Source: Macrostomum lignano
Lineage: Eukaryota
Reading direction: 5' to 3'
DNA: 64,000 nucleotides
Assembly (NCBI GenBank): GCA_002269645.1
Contig: NIVC01000591.1
Location: 620,001-684,000 of the forward strand
Made by a program: the position numbers and the translations under genes. Position 1 is the first letter of the stretch. Each line of letters starts with the position of its first letter. The notes beneath the pieces were generated by a model. That model saw only the letters and a list, made by a program, of their open reading frames with translations, was not told the origin of the DNA and made no database searches. Shown here piece by piece: positions 23,980 to 34,447 of the stretch.

Positions 23980-24720
23980 TAGATTGGGGGTGTCCACTTA
24001 AAAACAGGGGTGTGTACTTTAAGACAGGGGTATCCACTTTAAGACAGGGGTATCCACTTTAAGACAGGGGTATCCACTTTAAGACAGGGGTGTCCAGTTT
24101 AAGACAAGGGGTGTCCACTTTAAGACAGGGGTGTCCACTTTAAGACAGGGGTGTCCACTGTAAGACAGGCGTGTCCACATTAAGACAGGGGTGTCCACTG
24201 TAAGACAGGCGTGTCCACATTAAGACAGGGATGTCCACTTGAAACTGGGGTCGCCTACGCCGCAGATTTCATCACAGTGACGCAATATTTACCGGATCGC
24301 TTTGCAGTAATATTAATCATTTGTTATTTACTTTGCCCACACAAAGAACTCTGCACTGGCCTATGACCTGTTAATCCACCTGTTCTACAAGCAGCCAGCA
24401 GGTGAAACTCCTGTGGGCGCATGCGAGCTCAGGCGATTAACTGAAACTGCGGCTGCATCGCTCGACCACCTGCGGAGTGACTCGCATTTTTTTCCACCGA
24501 ACTGCCGTTGGTTTTTTTGTGCGGGTCACCTGCGGTTGGGTTATATGTACTTTTATCCTTTCTGCACTGACTTTCGCTTATGATTGAGTTTTTCGAGTTG
24601 TTATAACTGATGCACTTTTCAATTCAATAAAACAGACAAGTGCATATCCGCTTACACTAACTTAGATTTTTCCGCGAAAGAACGACTATTGAATTAATTT
24701 AGACTGAATGCTTGCTTACA
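23980..24720 (+). repeat. Shared module copy 1: 21-bp array (GTGTCCACTTTAAGACAGGGG)n plus ~400-bp conserved segment
   Basis: Near-identical copies occur at about 26900-27900 (-), 33477-34140 (+) and 35140-36060 (-). Confidence 0.9.
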
Positions 24721-24729
24721 TAGAGTCTA

Positions 24730-26840
24730 CATGTATCTTACTGGTGGAATCGGGACAGTGTGGGGGGCGCAGGTTAGGCCAAAGGCGCGGCAGACCCGTA
24801 ACCCGTTACAGTTAAGTTGCAGGGTCTTTGCTAGTTGCAAGCTGGTTGCAAGGTGCTCCTTGTCTTCGGTGTCTGCGCTGTAGCCAGGGGATGTAGCCAG
24901 GGGATGTAGCCAGGGGATGTAGCCAGGGGATGTAGCCAGGGGATGTAGCCAGGGGATGTAGCCAGGGGATGTAGCCAGGGGATGTAGCCAGGGGATGTAG
25001 CCAGGGGATGTAGCCAGGGGATGTAGCCAGGGGATGTAGCCAGGGGATGTAGCCAGGGGATGTAGCCAGGGGATGTAGCCAGGGGATGTAGCCAGGGGAT
25101 GTAGCCAGGGGATGTAGCCAGGGGATGTAGCCAGGGGATGTAGCCAGGGGATGTAGCCAGGGGATGTAGCCAGGGGATGTAGCCAGGGGATGTAGCCAGG
25201 GGATGTAGCCAGGGGATGTAGCCAGGGGATGTAGCCAGGGGATGTAGCCAGGGGATGTAGCCAGGGGATGTAGCCAGGGGATGTAGCCAGGGGATGTAGC
25301 CAGGGGATGTAGCCAGGGGATGTAGCCAGGGGATGTAGCCAGGGGATGTAGCCAGGGGATGTAGCCAGGGGATGTAGCCAGAGGATGTAGCCAGAGGATG
25401 TAGCCAGAGGATGTAGCCAGAGGATGTAGCCAGGGGATGTAGCCAGGGGATGTAGCCAGGGGATGTAGCCAGGGGATGTAGCCAGAGGATGTAGCCAGAG
25501 GATGTAGCCAGAGGATGTAGCCAGGGGATGTAGCCAGGGGATGTAGCCAGAGGATGTAGCCAGAGGATGTAGCCAGGGGATGTAGCCAGGGGATGTAGCC
25601 AGGGGATGTAGTCAGGGTGTTTACTTACAGCTGTCGTGATGGGTGAGCATCTGACAGCAGCTGGCGACCAGGATGTTCATTGATTTGTTGCTGCATTCTG
25701 CCGCTCCGAAAAGCTTCCGAACAAAGGCCTACGACGGCCGAACTCATCAAATAATTGAGCTCAAAAGTGGACTCAGTCATTAATTTGCCAGAGTTTAATT
25801 TCAATGCGGTGTTTCGAAGTACAGCTTTACCAGGCAGACTTGAGGGAGGCAGTACAAGCTGACATTCCAACAAAAAAGCAACAGGAACAAAATTACCCTG
25901 TCAGGATCGCTCGCGTCAAGCGGTCAGCCTCAACAAGACTATATAAACAAGAAAAATGTCTTTTTCAAATCAATCAATTGTGAATACCAATTACAATTCG
26001 TTACGTCAGAGTCGTTGCAAAATTGCTTATTGCCAAAATTTTAATTTTATATCTTACTTACTACTGACAGCCCATAGAGTTCCATAGAGAATTCGAATTA
26101 ACTCAAGAAGTTTTAGCCATAGACGATTCAATTTTGCAAGCTACGAGCGTATATGGAACGACGAACAAGCATAGAAGGAGAAGGAGCCTTGCACCGTCCT
26201 GACGTTACGGTTGGCGTAATCCGAAAAAAATTACGGTTGGCAATTTTTTCGGAGTTCGGGTTGGTAGCTCGTTCATTTTGTCATCCAGAGAGGTGGCCAA
26301 ATACAGCAAAGATTTAGGACTTTTTTGGACCGCCTAGCGGCCGCTGTCACCAACTAAATGGGGACCCTATTGGAAACAGAGTAATTTTTATAGATGTCCT
26401 TAATTTATTCACCCTAACGTGGAGTTCCCAAAGAACCATTGTGCATACGCTCGCAGCATAACAAAAACAAAACCTTCTTGTTCCTAAAAATTTTTGTTCT
26501 ATATCTCTAGATACCCGTGTAAACTTTTCCTCTCCGCTTTATCAAAACATTTTTAATACTTGGCTTGGAGAATCGACCAGCTTATGTTCTCAGTGCCAGC
26601 TCTCAAGCCGTAAGCATGTGAATTAAACGTGAGCACGAGGTTTTCTTGCCGAAGCTTCAAGTATTCATGCAGGTGGTCACCCATCGCAACGGTTGGGGCA
26701 ACTCTGGTGCCAGAACCATCACGATGGCGGTCCAATTCAATAAACACTCTGGCTGCGCCCCCTGATGTCAGGCGTACAGCACAGACACCGCAGGCTGCAG
26801 GCACTGCAATGGCCTGTAATGGCTTACCGGTAGGGGTCAC
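24730..26840 (-). pseudogene. Spliced coding remnant of unknown protein in the spacer between inverted modules
   Basis: Exon-like blocks at about 26840-26555, 26330-26186, about 25847-25629 (GTAAGT donor) and 24877-24730 (AG acceptor). The last two join in frame (..RQL|ADTEDKEHLATSLQLAKTLQLNCN). A partial second copy lies at about 34360-35140. Confidence 0.45.
24879..25617. repeat. 13-bp tandem satellite (GTAGCCAGGGGAT)n, about 56 copies
   Basis: Read directly; GAGG variants appear near the right end. Confidence 0.97.
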
Positions 26841-26899
26841 GATCCCATGTTTCTTCGATTTTACTCTCCAAATCTAACTTGAGAAGTTATGCAGCCTCG

Positions 26900-27900
26900 A
26901 TCCCATAGTTCTGTTTAGCATGTAAGCAAGCATTCACTCTAAATGAATTCAATAGCAGACAAAATGCATCTCACATTCGCTTTAGTAGAAATTTACTTCG
27001 CAAAAAAGTATCAAAGACAAGGACAACTTGATCAAAGATAGTGCAGTACGCAGTACGCGCTTGTCTGTTTTATTGAATTGAAAAGTGCATCAGTTGTAAC
27101 AACTAAAAAAACTCAATCCAAGCAAGTATCAGTGCAGAAAGGATAAAAGTACACATAACCCAACCGCAGGTGACTCGCACGAAAAAACCAACGGCAGTTC
27201 GGTGGAAAAAAATGCGAGTCACTCCGCAGGTGGTCGAGCGATGCAGCCGCAGTTTCAGTTAATCGTCTGTGCTTGCATGCGCCCACAGGAGTTTCACCTG
27301 TTGGCTGCTTGTAGAACAGGTCGATTAGTGATGGACGAGTGCAGCACTCTTTGTGGGGCAAAGTAAATAACAAATAATTAATATTACTGCAAAGCTATCC
27401 GGTAAATATTAGTGATGAATTCTGCTGCAGGGGCGACCTCAGTTTCAAGTGGACACCCCTGTCTTTAAGTGGACACCCCTGTCTTTAAGTGGACACCATG
27501 TCAATTACAGTAGACAGCTGGTGTATATCTTGGAAACCCTTTGTTTTAAATAGATACCCCTGTCTTTAAGTGGACACCCCTGTATTTAAGTGGACACCCC
27601 TGTCTTTAAGTGGACACCCCTGTCTTCAAGTGGACACCCCTGTCTTTAAGTGGACACCCCTGTCTTCAAGTGGACACCCCTGTATTTAAGTGGACACCCC
27701 TGTCTTTAAGTGGACACCCCTGTCTTCAAGTGGACACCCCTGTATTTAAGTGGACACCCCTGTCTTTAAGTGGACACCCCTGTCTTCAAGTGGACACCCC
27801 TGTATTTAAGTGGACACCCCTGTATTTAAGAGGACACCCCTGTCTTTAAGTGGACACCCCTGTCTTCAAGTGGACACCCCTGTCTTTAAGTGGACACTCT
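26900..27900 (-). repeat. Shared module copy 2 (inverted)
   Basis: Reverse complement of 23980-24720; 21-bp array at about 27441-27898. Confidence 0.9.
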
Positions 27901-28284
27901 TTTGTCCTTCAATCCAGTTTACAGTTACAGCAATACAGTTACAGCAAGGTTTACAGTTTTAGCAATTTAAGTGAGGGTAGAAGGACAAAAAATGTTTTAA
28001 TTCTTAAGATCGGTTGCAAAAAATTACAGATAAAATCACAGAATATTCTGTGGATAAAATAGAATATTTTTGATAGTAGAATGAATTTTAATTGGCAGAA
28101 AAATCATAGAGAGAAGATATTTTTAGAAACTAAGAAACAAGCGCACTGTAACAGGATGTGAGCATGGGTAAATATCAATGAGATGGTAGTTTTGCGATTA
28201 ACTCCGTAAGATAGCAAAGACAGCAAAGATTGATAGTTTTAAACACGCAAGCACTACAACTAAAACACGTAGACTGCTCACCTT

Positions 28285-29108
28285 CACACTACAGCTCCCT
28301 GCTCACCCCACCCTACAGCTCCCTGCTCACCCCATTTTACAGCTCCCTGCTCATCCCACTCTACAGCTCCCTGCTCACCCCATTTTACAGCTCCCTGCTC
28401 ATCCCACTCTACAGCTCCCTGCTCACCCCATTTTACAGCTACCTGCTCATCCCACTCTACAGCTCCCTGCTCATCCCACTCTACAGCTCCCTGCTCATCC
28501 CACTCTACAGCTCCCTGCTCACCCCATTTTACAGCTCCCTGCTCACCCCATTTTACAGCTCCCTGCTCATCCCACTCTACAGCTCCCTGCTCACCCCTAT
28601 CTACAGCTCCCTGCTCACCCCTATCTACAGCTCCCTGCTCACCCCTATCTACAGCTCCCTGCTCACCCCTATCTACAGCTCCCTGCTCACCCCACCCTAC
28701 AGCTCCATACTCACCCCACCCTACAGTCCCCTGCTCACCCCAAACTACATCTCCTAACTCAATTCCACTCATACATCCCGGTTCCTTCCCTATCCAACAT
28801 ATCGCTACTCACCCTACTCTAGATCTGCCTGCTGACCCTACTCTAGATCTGCCTGCTCACCCTACTCTAGATCCGCCAGCTCACCCTACTCTAGATCTGC
28901 CTGCTCAACCTACTCTAGATCTGCCTGCTGACCCTACTCTAGATCTGCCTGCTGACCCTACTCTAGATCTGCCTGCTCACCCTACTCAAGATCTGCCTGC
29001 TCAACCTACTCTAGATCTGCTTGCTCAACCTACTCTAGATCTGCCTGCTCACCCTACTCTAGATCTGCCTGCTCAACTTACTCTAGATCTGCCTGCTAAC
29101 CCTACTCT
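28285..29108. repeat. 22-bp (CTACAGCTCCCTGCTCACCCCA) and 24-bp (CTACTCTAGATCTGCCTGCTCACC) minisatellites 3' of GRD2
   Basis: Arrays at about 28285-28745 and 28812-29108. The same arrays occur at 36375-37068, and an inverted 22-bp array at 33297-33425. Confidence 0.93.
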
Positions 29109-29116
29109 ATCACGAG

Positions 29117-31152
29117 CTAAGTGCACAGTGAACTGTCAGCTCTTGCGATGAGAACTCTTCCGTTGGGTTCGGTGTTGCCGCCATCCTTTCCATCAGGGTT
29201 CTTGCCGTCTGCGTAGCTGCCGCCGCCGCCGCCTGCACCACCTGAGCTTTCGCCGACCCCGCCGCAGCCACCTGTGTAGCCACCACCACCGCCGCCTCCA
29301 CCTTTATCTTCAATATCCGTTGCTCCACCACCACCTCCACCACCGAAACCGCCAAAGCCACCACTACCATCTCCAGAATCCCCACCAGTCCAGCTTCCCG
29401 AAGCATTCCTCCCTGCAGAGCCTCCTTGACCGCTGCCACCTGGGGCACCTATGGCACCAGAAACTCCATCAGAGTTCCAACCGGCTCCACCTCCGCCAGA
29501 CTTTTTCGCTGGCGGACCGGCCCCTCCGCTTCCTTCGGTTGAGCCGCTGCAGGAGCCCAGTGTCCGATTTGTGCCATCGCTTCCGGTATTCGAACTGCTG
29601 CCAGCTCCTCCACCGCCTCCGCCACCGGCTACCAGAAGCAGCTGCTTCGGGTTATTTTTTATGTAAACAAAGGTGCCGCCGCCTCCGCCTCCGCCTCCTG
29701 TACCATCATTTCCAGGCTTTCCAATAACAATGGTCAGCGTCTCCGATAGGGTAAAGTAGGCCTCTTTAAAAGCACCTTTGCCACCTGATGCGCTTGAACC
29801 GGAATTGCCACCTTTTGCACCGTATGCGGAAATCCGGTAGCAGGCGTTTGCTTCAGGCGGTGTAAAGGTCGAAACTGATCCTGTTTGACTGGCTGCTGCA
29901 GAACCGCTTGCTTCTGAAAGAATTATTGCGATATTCAAGCAGATACATCAAATATAAGTGCATAAAGTTCATTACTTAAATGCAGGCTTTAAATTATGAA
30001 CAATTACCAGAATTTTAAACTATTAATTTTTTACTCACCAGTAAAAACCACAGGAGCATTCGTTGTAGCTTTAGGAGTTGTAGTAGTAGTAGTCTGAGTC
30101 GTAGTAGTAGTAGTCGGAGTCGTAGTAGTGGTAGTAGTCGGAGTCGTAGTAGTAGTAGTCGGAGTCGTAGTAGTGGTAGTAGTCGGAGTCGTAGTAGTGG
30201 TAGTCGGTGTCGTAGTAGTGGTAGTCGGTGTCGTAGTAGTGGTAGTCGGAGTCGTAGTAGTCGTAGTCGGAGTCGTAGTAGTGGTAGTTGGAGTCGTAGT
30301 AGTGGTAGTCAGAGTCGTAGTTGTAGTAGTAGTCGGAGTCGTAGTAGTAGTAGTCGGAGTCGTAGTAGTGGTAGTAGTCGGAGTCGTAGTAGTGGTAGTC
30401 GGAGTCGTAGTAGTGGTAGTCGGTGTCGTAGTAGTAGTAGTCGTAGTCGGAGTCGTAGTAGTGGTAGTCGGAGTCGTAGTTGTAGTAGTAGTCGGAGTCG
30501 TAGTAGTGGTAGTCGGAGTCGTAGTTGTAGTAGTAGTAGTCGGAGTCGTAGTAGTACTCAGAGTTGGAGTAGTAGTAGTAGTCGGAGTTATAGTAGTGGT
30601 AGTCGGAGTGGTAGTAGTACTCGGAGTCTGAGTAGTGGTAGTCGGAGTCGTAGTAGTGGTAGTCGGAGTCGGAGTAGTGGTAGTCGGAGTCGGAGTAGTG
30701 GTAGTCGGAGTCGGAGTAGTGGTAGTCGGAGTCGGAGTAGTGGTAGTCAGAGTCGCAGCAGTGGTAGCCGAAGTCTCAGCAGGAGTTGTGGTCGGAGCTA
30801 CAGTGCTCACCGAAGCATTCTCACAATCTGCCCTATGTCGCAGCACCTGCGTGTAGCAGACCGGTCCGCTACTGAGCTGCCAATAAAGCAGCAGGTCGCA
30901 GCTGCTTCCAAGAATGCACGATCGGTTGCTTGGCCAGAACTCATAGACTGAGCACAGGGTCGTGTTGCTGGCGCACTCGACAGCGCACACTCGAGAATCG
31001 ACAACCCCGACGATTTTGCGCTGCTGTCCGCCAGCTGCAGTCGCAGTCGCGGCATTGTAGCACAGGTCCGGCCTCTTGTCGAAGACAAAAGATATGCCAT
31101 CGGCAAATGCAATCAGGATTGCCAAAGCTATGACAACGTCGTGTGCTGGCAT
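29117..31152 (-). CDS. Secreted protein GRD2: signal peptide + PAN/apple-like domain + Thr/Pro mucin stalk + ALK/LTK-type glycine-rich domain, 636 aa
   Basis: Exon 1 (31152-30039) ends ACT G|GTGAGT. After a 125-nt intron, exon 2 (29913-29117) starts after TTTCAG. The total of 1911 nt is in frame. PAN-like CAVECASNTTLCSVYEF..SCIL; GRD motifs CYRISAYGAKGG, IVIGKPG, GGGGTFV, LLVAGGGGG, GGAGW, GGFGGFGGGGG, GGGYTGG, NGRVLI. Confidence 0.88.
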
Positions 31153-31954
31153 TCTAGGACGTTGTCAGCTGTCTGGGTAGATTAGTGGACGCTTCTGTTA
31201 GGAGACTGGAAGAGTTCAATAGCCAAGAAAGTTGCTCAAGCAATTGCAACTCTAAAACAGACTCAAGCAGTCACGAGTTTTTCCTTTACTTTCAATTCCT
31301 GTTGGCTGGGCTCTCCTTGGTGCCAGTTATCACCATGGAAACCATCTCAAGACAGTAGATGTCAGCTCCGGTTGAGCAAGAAACTTGTCCCGTCTTCTTC
31401 TTTTGCCATACAAGTATGACAGTCTCGATGCACAGGGCTTCACTGACGACGCGGAACTGATCGAGGTAAAGTCTAGTGTCGCCAACTAGACAATGCCCCT
31501 TCAAACCCATTTAACAGAAGGCAGCCGCTGCAGCCACTGTTGTTCTCCGTGGATCAACCCGACGTTGGGATGCTTCAAGCCGCCTCTTAGTGAACAAATG
31601 ATCTATTTTTACCCTAGAAGGATGGTCCCTGATGAGTTCCTACTTGAGTATTGCTGTTGAGTAAGCTTAGTCCAGCCCAGCCCAGAAACTGAAGTTGTCA
31701 GCGGTTCTAGACTTTCTGAACTGCATTTAACTACGATTGTTCCCTGCAAAGCCAAGACTAGAAGAGTGTTACGAGAGTGCCTGCTCAAATCCTTCAAAGT
31801 CATCACCGCTTCTATCCCTGTTCCAGTTGCAGAAGCAAATTCTGCAGTAGCTTCTTAGCTAACTGCCTCGCAGCTTGTTTCCAGCAACACTTTCCAATGC
31901 ATTGTTTGTAGGATCGTCAACCAAAAACAATGCAAAGAATCAGCGGTCGCAGCA

Positions 31955-32083
31955 CGTGACATTATACCAATATGGATGGGCTGCTTAGGGCAGAAATGAG
32001 CGAAATGGTCGAGGCGTGGATCGCCGCGGCCGATTTGCTCAGTTCTGCCCGTAGCAGCTCATCCATATTGGTATAATGTTACG
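31955..32083. other. ~52-bp-stem hairpin (inverted repeat)
   Basis: cgtgacattataccaatatggatgggctgc..gggcagaaatgagc pairs with gctcagttctgcccgtagcagctcatccatattggtataatgttacg. Confidence 0.85.
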
Positions 32084-33289
32084 ATCCATATCCATCCATC
32101 CATCACATCCATGGATGCGCGAGCCATAGAAATTGAATTTCCTATGGCTCGCGCATACCGGCGCTCGTCAGACAATCGTTGTCATGCACTGGGACCACTG
32201 ATTATCTATCATCCATTGTATCTCGCTAGTGCGTGCTTTAAATGACTTGTTACTGTGTAAGAAACGCAGATGTCTATGGTTTGAACACTATGGTAAACTA
32301 TGGCAGAGCTCATAACTCCAGAATTTTGGAACGGCATTCAAAGGCCTTACATTAATAAAAGCACAAAGATGGGATAAAAACACAAAGGGATAAAAACAAT
32401 GTGAGGAGCACCTGAACCCTAAACCCGGGGCTCAGCCTCAGGGCTGGCATCAACTGGGCTCTACCGTACACCTTTGTGAATGGTCATTTTCTTTCCTGCA
32501 GGGCGGGTGCGACCGGGGGGCTCAAGTCCCGTTCCAGCCACACTGCAATCCAGAGTACGCACTCACTCCAGGTACACCCCCCTAAACCAAGGCCGAGGGC
32601 CAAAAAATTAATTGAAAAGAAAAAATAGGGTTATTTTTAGCTGAGTACATCATCTCCGGTAAGGACTCTTATTGGATTGAGCTAGCGAGAGCTAGGCCAA
32701 TTGGATTGCGCACAACCCCGAGAAATGCCGCCAGAGAGGCAGCCAGGGTAAAAACAGTCAGAGACCGTCTTTACGGCCTTATAATTGTTTATAAATCTAT
32801 GGTAAAAATAGTTTTTTCCGAGACCATTAAAGCATTTAATGGGTTTTGCTTGAACACCCTTAAATGATTTATTGGTCCCGGTATAGAAGTAGTTGCACCA
32901 TAGACTATTGATTCCTTGCTGCGAAGGCGCTCTTCTGCACTTTTCTTGAAGCTCATTTTGAATGCTCTAGCATGCAATTACTCAACACGTAGGTAGAGCT
33001 GGGTTTTCAGAATTTTAACGCATAATACACCAACTATACTACTATCTATATAACTACTGACAAGAAAAATGCAAGTAGAAAACGCTATCCTAAGCGCGAT
33101 AATTTATATATGTACATTGCATTACTTCTATATCCACACTTGTTGTACTAATCCCTATCTACTGCTCAAAATCTATAGTCTTACTCCACAATTAGTATTC
33201 AGCGTCTCTCAGTGTCTGCGTCAATGATAACATTTTTTATTAATATTTTCTGCTTTTGCATATTCTTGAATTTTTCTTGTTCTCTTAAG

Positions 33290-34140
33290 CTTGAGGGGTG
33301 AGCAGGGAGCTGTAGGGTGGGGTGAGCAGGGAGCTGTAGGGTGGGGTGAGCAGGGAGCTGTAATGTAGGGTGAGCAGGGAGCTGTAATGTAGGGTGATCA
33401 GGGAGCTGTAATGTAGGGTGAGCAGTCTACGTGTTTTAGTTGTAGTGCTTGTGTGTTTAAACTATTAAAACTTAAAGATAGGGTGTCCACTTTAAGACAG
33501 GGGTGTCCACTTTAAGACAGGGGTGTCCACTTTAAGACAGGGGTGTCCACTTTAAGACAGGGGTGTCCACTTTAAGACAGGGGTGTCCACTTTAAGACAG
33601 GGGTGTCCACTTTAAGACAGGGGTGTCCACTTTAAGACAGGGGTGTCCACTTTAAGACAGGGGTGTCCACTTTAAGATAGGGGTGTCCACTTAAAGACAG
33701 GGTTGTCCACTTGAAACTGGGGTCGCCTACGCCGCAGATTTCATCACAGCGACGCAATATTTACCGGATCGCTTTGCAGTAATATTAATTATTTGTCATT
33801 TACTTTGCCCACACAAAGAGCTCTGCACTGGCCTATGACCTGTTAATCGACCTGTTCTACAAGCAGCCAACAGGTGAAACTCCTGAAGGCGCATGCGAGC
33901 TCAGGCGATTAACTGAAACTGCGGCTGCATCGCTCGACCACCTGCGGAGTGACTCGCATTTTTTTTCCACCAAACTGTCGTTGGTTTTTTTGTGCGGGTC
34001 ACCTGCGGTTGGGTTATATGTACTTTTATCCTTTCTGCACTGACTTTCGCTTATGATTGAGTTTTTCGAGTTGTTATAACTGATGCACTTTTCAATTCAA
34101 TAAAACAGATAAGCGCAAATCTGCGTGCGCCATCTTTGAT
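33290..34140 (+). repeat. Shared module copy 3 (22-bp array remnant + 21-bp array + conserved segment)
   Basis: Matches 23980-24640 almost base for base; there is no GRD gene upstream. Confidence 0.9.
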
Positions 34141-34447
34141 AGTTTTTACTAAAGCGAATGTGAGATGCATTTTTCTCTGCTATTGAATTCATTCAGAGAA
34201 GGGATCGGATAAATTTTTACCTCAAGGGCCGGATGAAGATTTGAGGTCAAGCTCAGGAATGGAGAGAGAATAGATGATGAGAGAAAAGAAGAGAAGCGGG
34301 ATGAGAAAAAGATAAGATAAGAGGAAAGAAGACGGGAGAGAAGAGGCAGAGACAACGAGACGCTTTCGTTTTCTTTCAGCTGATCCAGTTCAGCCATATA
34401 ACGCCGCCGAACATTTCTGTACCTAATTAACAGCGTATCGTCACTGC

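Noticed and set aside
22062-25617. Regular short repeats as a possible CRISPR array
   Set aside because: The units are head-to-tail with no unique spacers, there are no cas genes, and the context is eukaryotic.
23980-27900. The inverted module pair as the TIRs of one large foldback/Pack transposon
   Set aside because: Homology extends outward into the GRD 3' flanks and no TSD was found. An inverted gene duplication explains it better, although the inner module may itself be mobile.
27610-28772. Repetitive ORFs (DTPVFKWT..., YSSLLTP..., WGEQGAV...), and similarly 36337-37107
   Set aside because: They are translations of the 21-, 22- and 24-bp minisatellites.
31160-31900. Short ORFs upstream of GRD2 and GRD3
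   Set aside because: Frames are not maintained between the two duplicates (39180-39940), so I treated this as upstream non-coding sequence.
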